DNA from: a bacterium
GTDB taxonomy: Bacteria > UBA10199 > 2-02-FULL-44-16 > JAAZCA01
NCBI GenBank assembly: GCA_963674695.2
Contig: CAXXGI010000002.1
Coordinates: forward strand, 288,001 to 352,000
Direction: 5' to 3'
DNA: 64,000 nucleotides
Part shown: piece by piece, positions 61,630 to 64,000 of the stretch
Numbering within the stretch: position 1 is the stretch's first letter
Layout of the letters: each line of letters opens with the position of its first letter
Notes under the pieces: generated by a model
Database searches by the model: none
What the model was told of the DNA's origin: nothing
What the model saw: only the letters and a program-made list of their open reading frames with translations
Translations under genes and position numbers: made by a program

Positions 61630-62511
61630 ATGACGAAATCGTTTCTTATTCTTCTCTCCGGCTTGCTTTTTCTCGCGGCGTTTTTTTCTCCGGCACACGC
61701 GGATAATGCGGCGCTGCCGGTCTTTGTCAGCATTCCGCCGCAGGCCTTTTTTGTCGAACGCATCGGCGGTGAGCATGTCTCCGTAGGCGTGTTGGTGGCG
61801 CCGGGACAGTCGCCGCACGCCTACGACCCCACGCCCCGACAGCTTGTCGATTTGGCACGGGCCAAATTCTTCTTCGCCATCGGCCTTCCGTTTGAGCGGA
61901 GCTTGTTGTCCAAGCTCGAGGGGTCGCATCCGAATCTTCGCATCGTACATACGGAGGAGGGGATCGCTCGTCGCCGGTTGCCGACGCATGATCATGGCGA
62001 TGGGCACGCCCATGAGGCGCTCGATCCACACACCTGGCTCAGCCCGAAGCTCGCATTGCACCAGGTGCGCGCGATAGCACTCGCGCTGGAAGCGGCCGAT
62101 CCGGAGCATGCAGCGACCTATCGAAAAAACCTCGTGGTACTCGCCGCAGAACTGAACCAACTCGATCGTACCATCGCGAAAGCGTTCGCTCCCTATCGCG
62201 GGAGATCCTTCTTCGTCGCGCACCCGGCGTTCGGCTATTTTGCCGACGCCTACGGTCTCGTGCAGGTGCCGATCGAACACGAGGGGAAGCGGCCGGGGGC
62301 GAGGGCACTGGCCGGGGTTATCGAGGATGCCCGGCACAAGGGCGCGCGCGTCGTCTTCGTCGAACCACAATTTTCTCAGCGCGAAGCGGATATGCTGGCG
62401 CGTGCAATCGGGGGGAGGGTCGTAACGCTCGACCCCCTGGCGCGCGATTATGCAATGAATCTCCGCACCATGGCCGATCGCATTCGTTCGGCGGTGGCGC
62501 AGGAGCGATAG
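61630..62511 (+). CDS. znuA: Zn/Mn ABC transporter substrate-binding protein
   Basis: SPHAYDP, His-rich loop, DPHTWLSP, HPAFGYF. Confidence 0.9.
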   Translation: MTKSFLILLSGLLFLAAFFSPAHADNAALPVFVSIPPQAFFVERIGGEHVSVGVLVAPGQSPHAYDPTPRQLVDLARAKFFFAIGLPFERSLLSKLEGSHPNLRIVHTEEGIARRRLPTHDHGDGHAHEALDPHTWLSPKLALHQVRAIALALEAADPEHAATYRKNLVVLAAELNQLDRTIAKAFAPYRGRSFFVAHPAFGYFADAYGLVQVPIEHEGKRPGARALAGVIEDARHKGARVVFVEPQFSQREADMLARAIGGRVVTLDPLARDYAMNLRTMADRIRSAVAQER

Positions 62512-62521
62512 GAGTCATCAC

Positions 62522-63277
62522 GTGACAGGACGACCGGTCATCGAAGTGCGCGATGTGAGCTTTTCCTATGATGGATCGCCCATCCTCGATGGAGTGAACC
62601 TCACCATCGATGAGCTCGATTGCGCCAGCATCGTCGGACCGAATGCGGGAGGCAAGACGACCCTCATCAAACTCTTCCTGGGGCTGCTCAAACCGCAGCG
62701 GGGGTCGGTGCGCATCTTCGGGCATTCGCCTGTCGAGGCGCGCACGCGCATCGGGTATATGCCACAACGCGTGCGCTTCGATCCCGCCTTTCCGGTCACG
62801 GCCTTCGACGTGGTGCTCATGGGGCGTCTGGGAACGGGGTCCTCCTGGGGGCGCTATCGGCGCGAGGACCGCGAAGCGGCACAACGCGCCCTGGCCGAGG
62901 TGGGGCTCGAGGAGAAACAGGCCGCATCGTTTTCGGCGCTTTCCGGCGGGCAGCAGCAGCGCGTGCTCATCGCGCGCGCGTTGGTCGGGACCCCTGAGAT
63001 CCTCCTCCTGGACGAACCCACCTCGAACCTCGACTTCGTCGTCGAGGGGAAGTTCTACGAGCTGCTCTGTCATCTCAACGAGCGCATGACGATCGTCATC
63101 GTTTCGCACGACATCGGATTCGTCTCGCGCTCGGTGCGCCGCGTCTTCTGCGTGAATCGCCAGGTCGTCGAACATCCGGTCGAGGATTTTACGGCCGAGG
63201 GTGTGGCGCATCTCTATGGCGGCGAGGTGCACCTGGTGCGCCACGATATTCGGAAGGAGGGCACGTGTCCTTCCTAG
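62522..63277 (+). CDS. znuC: Metal ABC transporter ATPase
   Basis: GPNAGGKTT, IGYMPQ, LSGGQQQR, LLLDEPT. Confidence 0.9.
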   Translation: MTGRPVIEVRDVSFSYDGSPILDGVNLTIDELDCASIVGPNAGGKTTLIKLFLGLLKPQRGSVRIFGHSPVEARTRIGYMPQRVRFDPAFPVTAFDVVLMGRLGTGSSWGRYRREDREAAQRALAEVGLEEKQAASFSALSGGQQQRVLIARALVGTPEILLLDEPTSNLDFVVEGKFYELLCHLNERMTIVIVSHDIGFVSRSVRRVFCVNRQVVEHPVEDFTAEGVAHLYGGEVHLVRHDIRKEGTCPS

Positions 63278-64000
63278 AGGCGCTCATCGGGTTTGCTTTT
63301 TTGCAGTATGCCTTGGCCGCAGGCCTGCTCGCGAGCATCGCCTGCGGGGTGGTCGGCTCTTACGTCGTCGTGCGGCGCATCACTTACATCGCCGGCGGCA
63401 TCGCGCACTCGGTGCTCGGTGGCATGGGTGCAGCGCGCTATCTCCAGGTGGTGCACGGTTGTGACTGGTGCACGCCGATGCTCGGCGCCGTGATCGCCGC
63501 GCTCGCTGCCGCAATGATCATTGGGGTGGTGAGCCTGAATGCGCGCCAGCGCGAGGACACGGTCATCGGCGCCATCTGGGCCATCGGCATGGCCACGGGG
63601 CTCCTCTTCATTTCGCAGACGCCGGGATACAGCGAAGATTTGATGAGCTATCTCTTCGGCAATATCCTCATGGTGAGTCCAACCGATCTCGTCGTCATCG
63701 GTGGACTCGACGCGATCGTGTTGATCGTGGGGATTCTGCTCTATCGCCCCCTCATGGCGGTTTGTTTCGACGAGGAGTTCGCGCGCCTGCGGGGCTTGGG
63801 CGTCACCTTCTACTACCTGCTGCTTCTGGGGCTCACCGCGCTCACCGTCGTCCTGCTCGTGACGGTGGTCGGCATCGTCATGGTCATCGCGCTCATCACG
63901 TTGCCGGCCGCGATCGCCGGTCGCTTCACCCGAACGCTCGGGGGGATGATGGCGCTGGCAACGGCGCTCGCCGCGGCATTCACCGTTGTGGGCCTCTGGC
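63265..64000 (+). CDS. znuB: Metal ABC transporter permease (3' end outside window)
   Basis: Manual translation VSFLEAL...GVVGSYVVVRRITYIAGGIAHSVLGG...LMSYLFGNIL...CFDEEFARLRG. Confidence 0.9.
   Translation, partial: MSFLEALIGFAFLQYALAAGLLASIACGVVGSYVVVRRITYIAGGIAHSVLGGMGAARYLQVVHGCDWCTPMLGAVIAALAAAMIIGVVSLNARQREDTVIGAIWAIGMATGLLFISQTPGYSEDLMSYLFGNILMVSPTDLVVIGGLDAIVLIVGILLYRPLMAVCFDEEFARLRGLGVTFYYLLLLGLTALTVVLLVTVVGIVMVIALITLPAAIAGRFTRTLGGMMALATALAAAFTVVGLW

Overview
GC-rich bacterial chromosome. The gene content (MYXO-CTERM-like sorting tail, DsbA/SurA-like lipoprotein, KamA-type Ddl-like ligase) suggests a deltaproteobacteria-like lineage; this is inference. Housekeeping and metabolic genes include pepF, a Ca/Na antiporter, RluA, a PlsC-like acyltransferase, a porin, tRNA-Pro(CGG), a two-component pair, glnB-lrp-glnA, serS, a glycogen cluster, a GH18 chitinase, OPT/APC transporters and znuACB. 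Five features stand out. (1) A ~9.7 kb accessory island (24.0-33.8 kb) lies between convergent glycogen genes. It carries two AAA ATPases, two AbiEi/AbiEii type IV TA pairs and two AT-rich genes, separated by three copies of a 120-190 bp direct repeat and closed by a 195-bp hairpin, with no recombinase in view. (2) A five-member sigma28-like promoter set precedes an S8 protease, a transposase-derived HTH, a candidate anti-SD sRNA, a caspase-like/thioredoxin fusion, and a SET methyltransferase followed by a phage-type ligase-like/cytidylyltransferase fusion. (3) A duplicated pair of overlapping half-ferritin genes. (4) An ATP-grasp / twin-Ddl / DmpA operon converges on a pentameric ligand-gated ion channel. 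(5) Several families of nested palindromic REP/MITE-like elements. All product calls come from reading motifs by eye; no database search was run.
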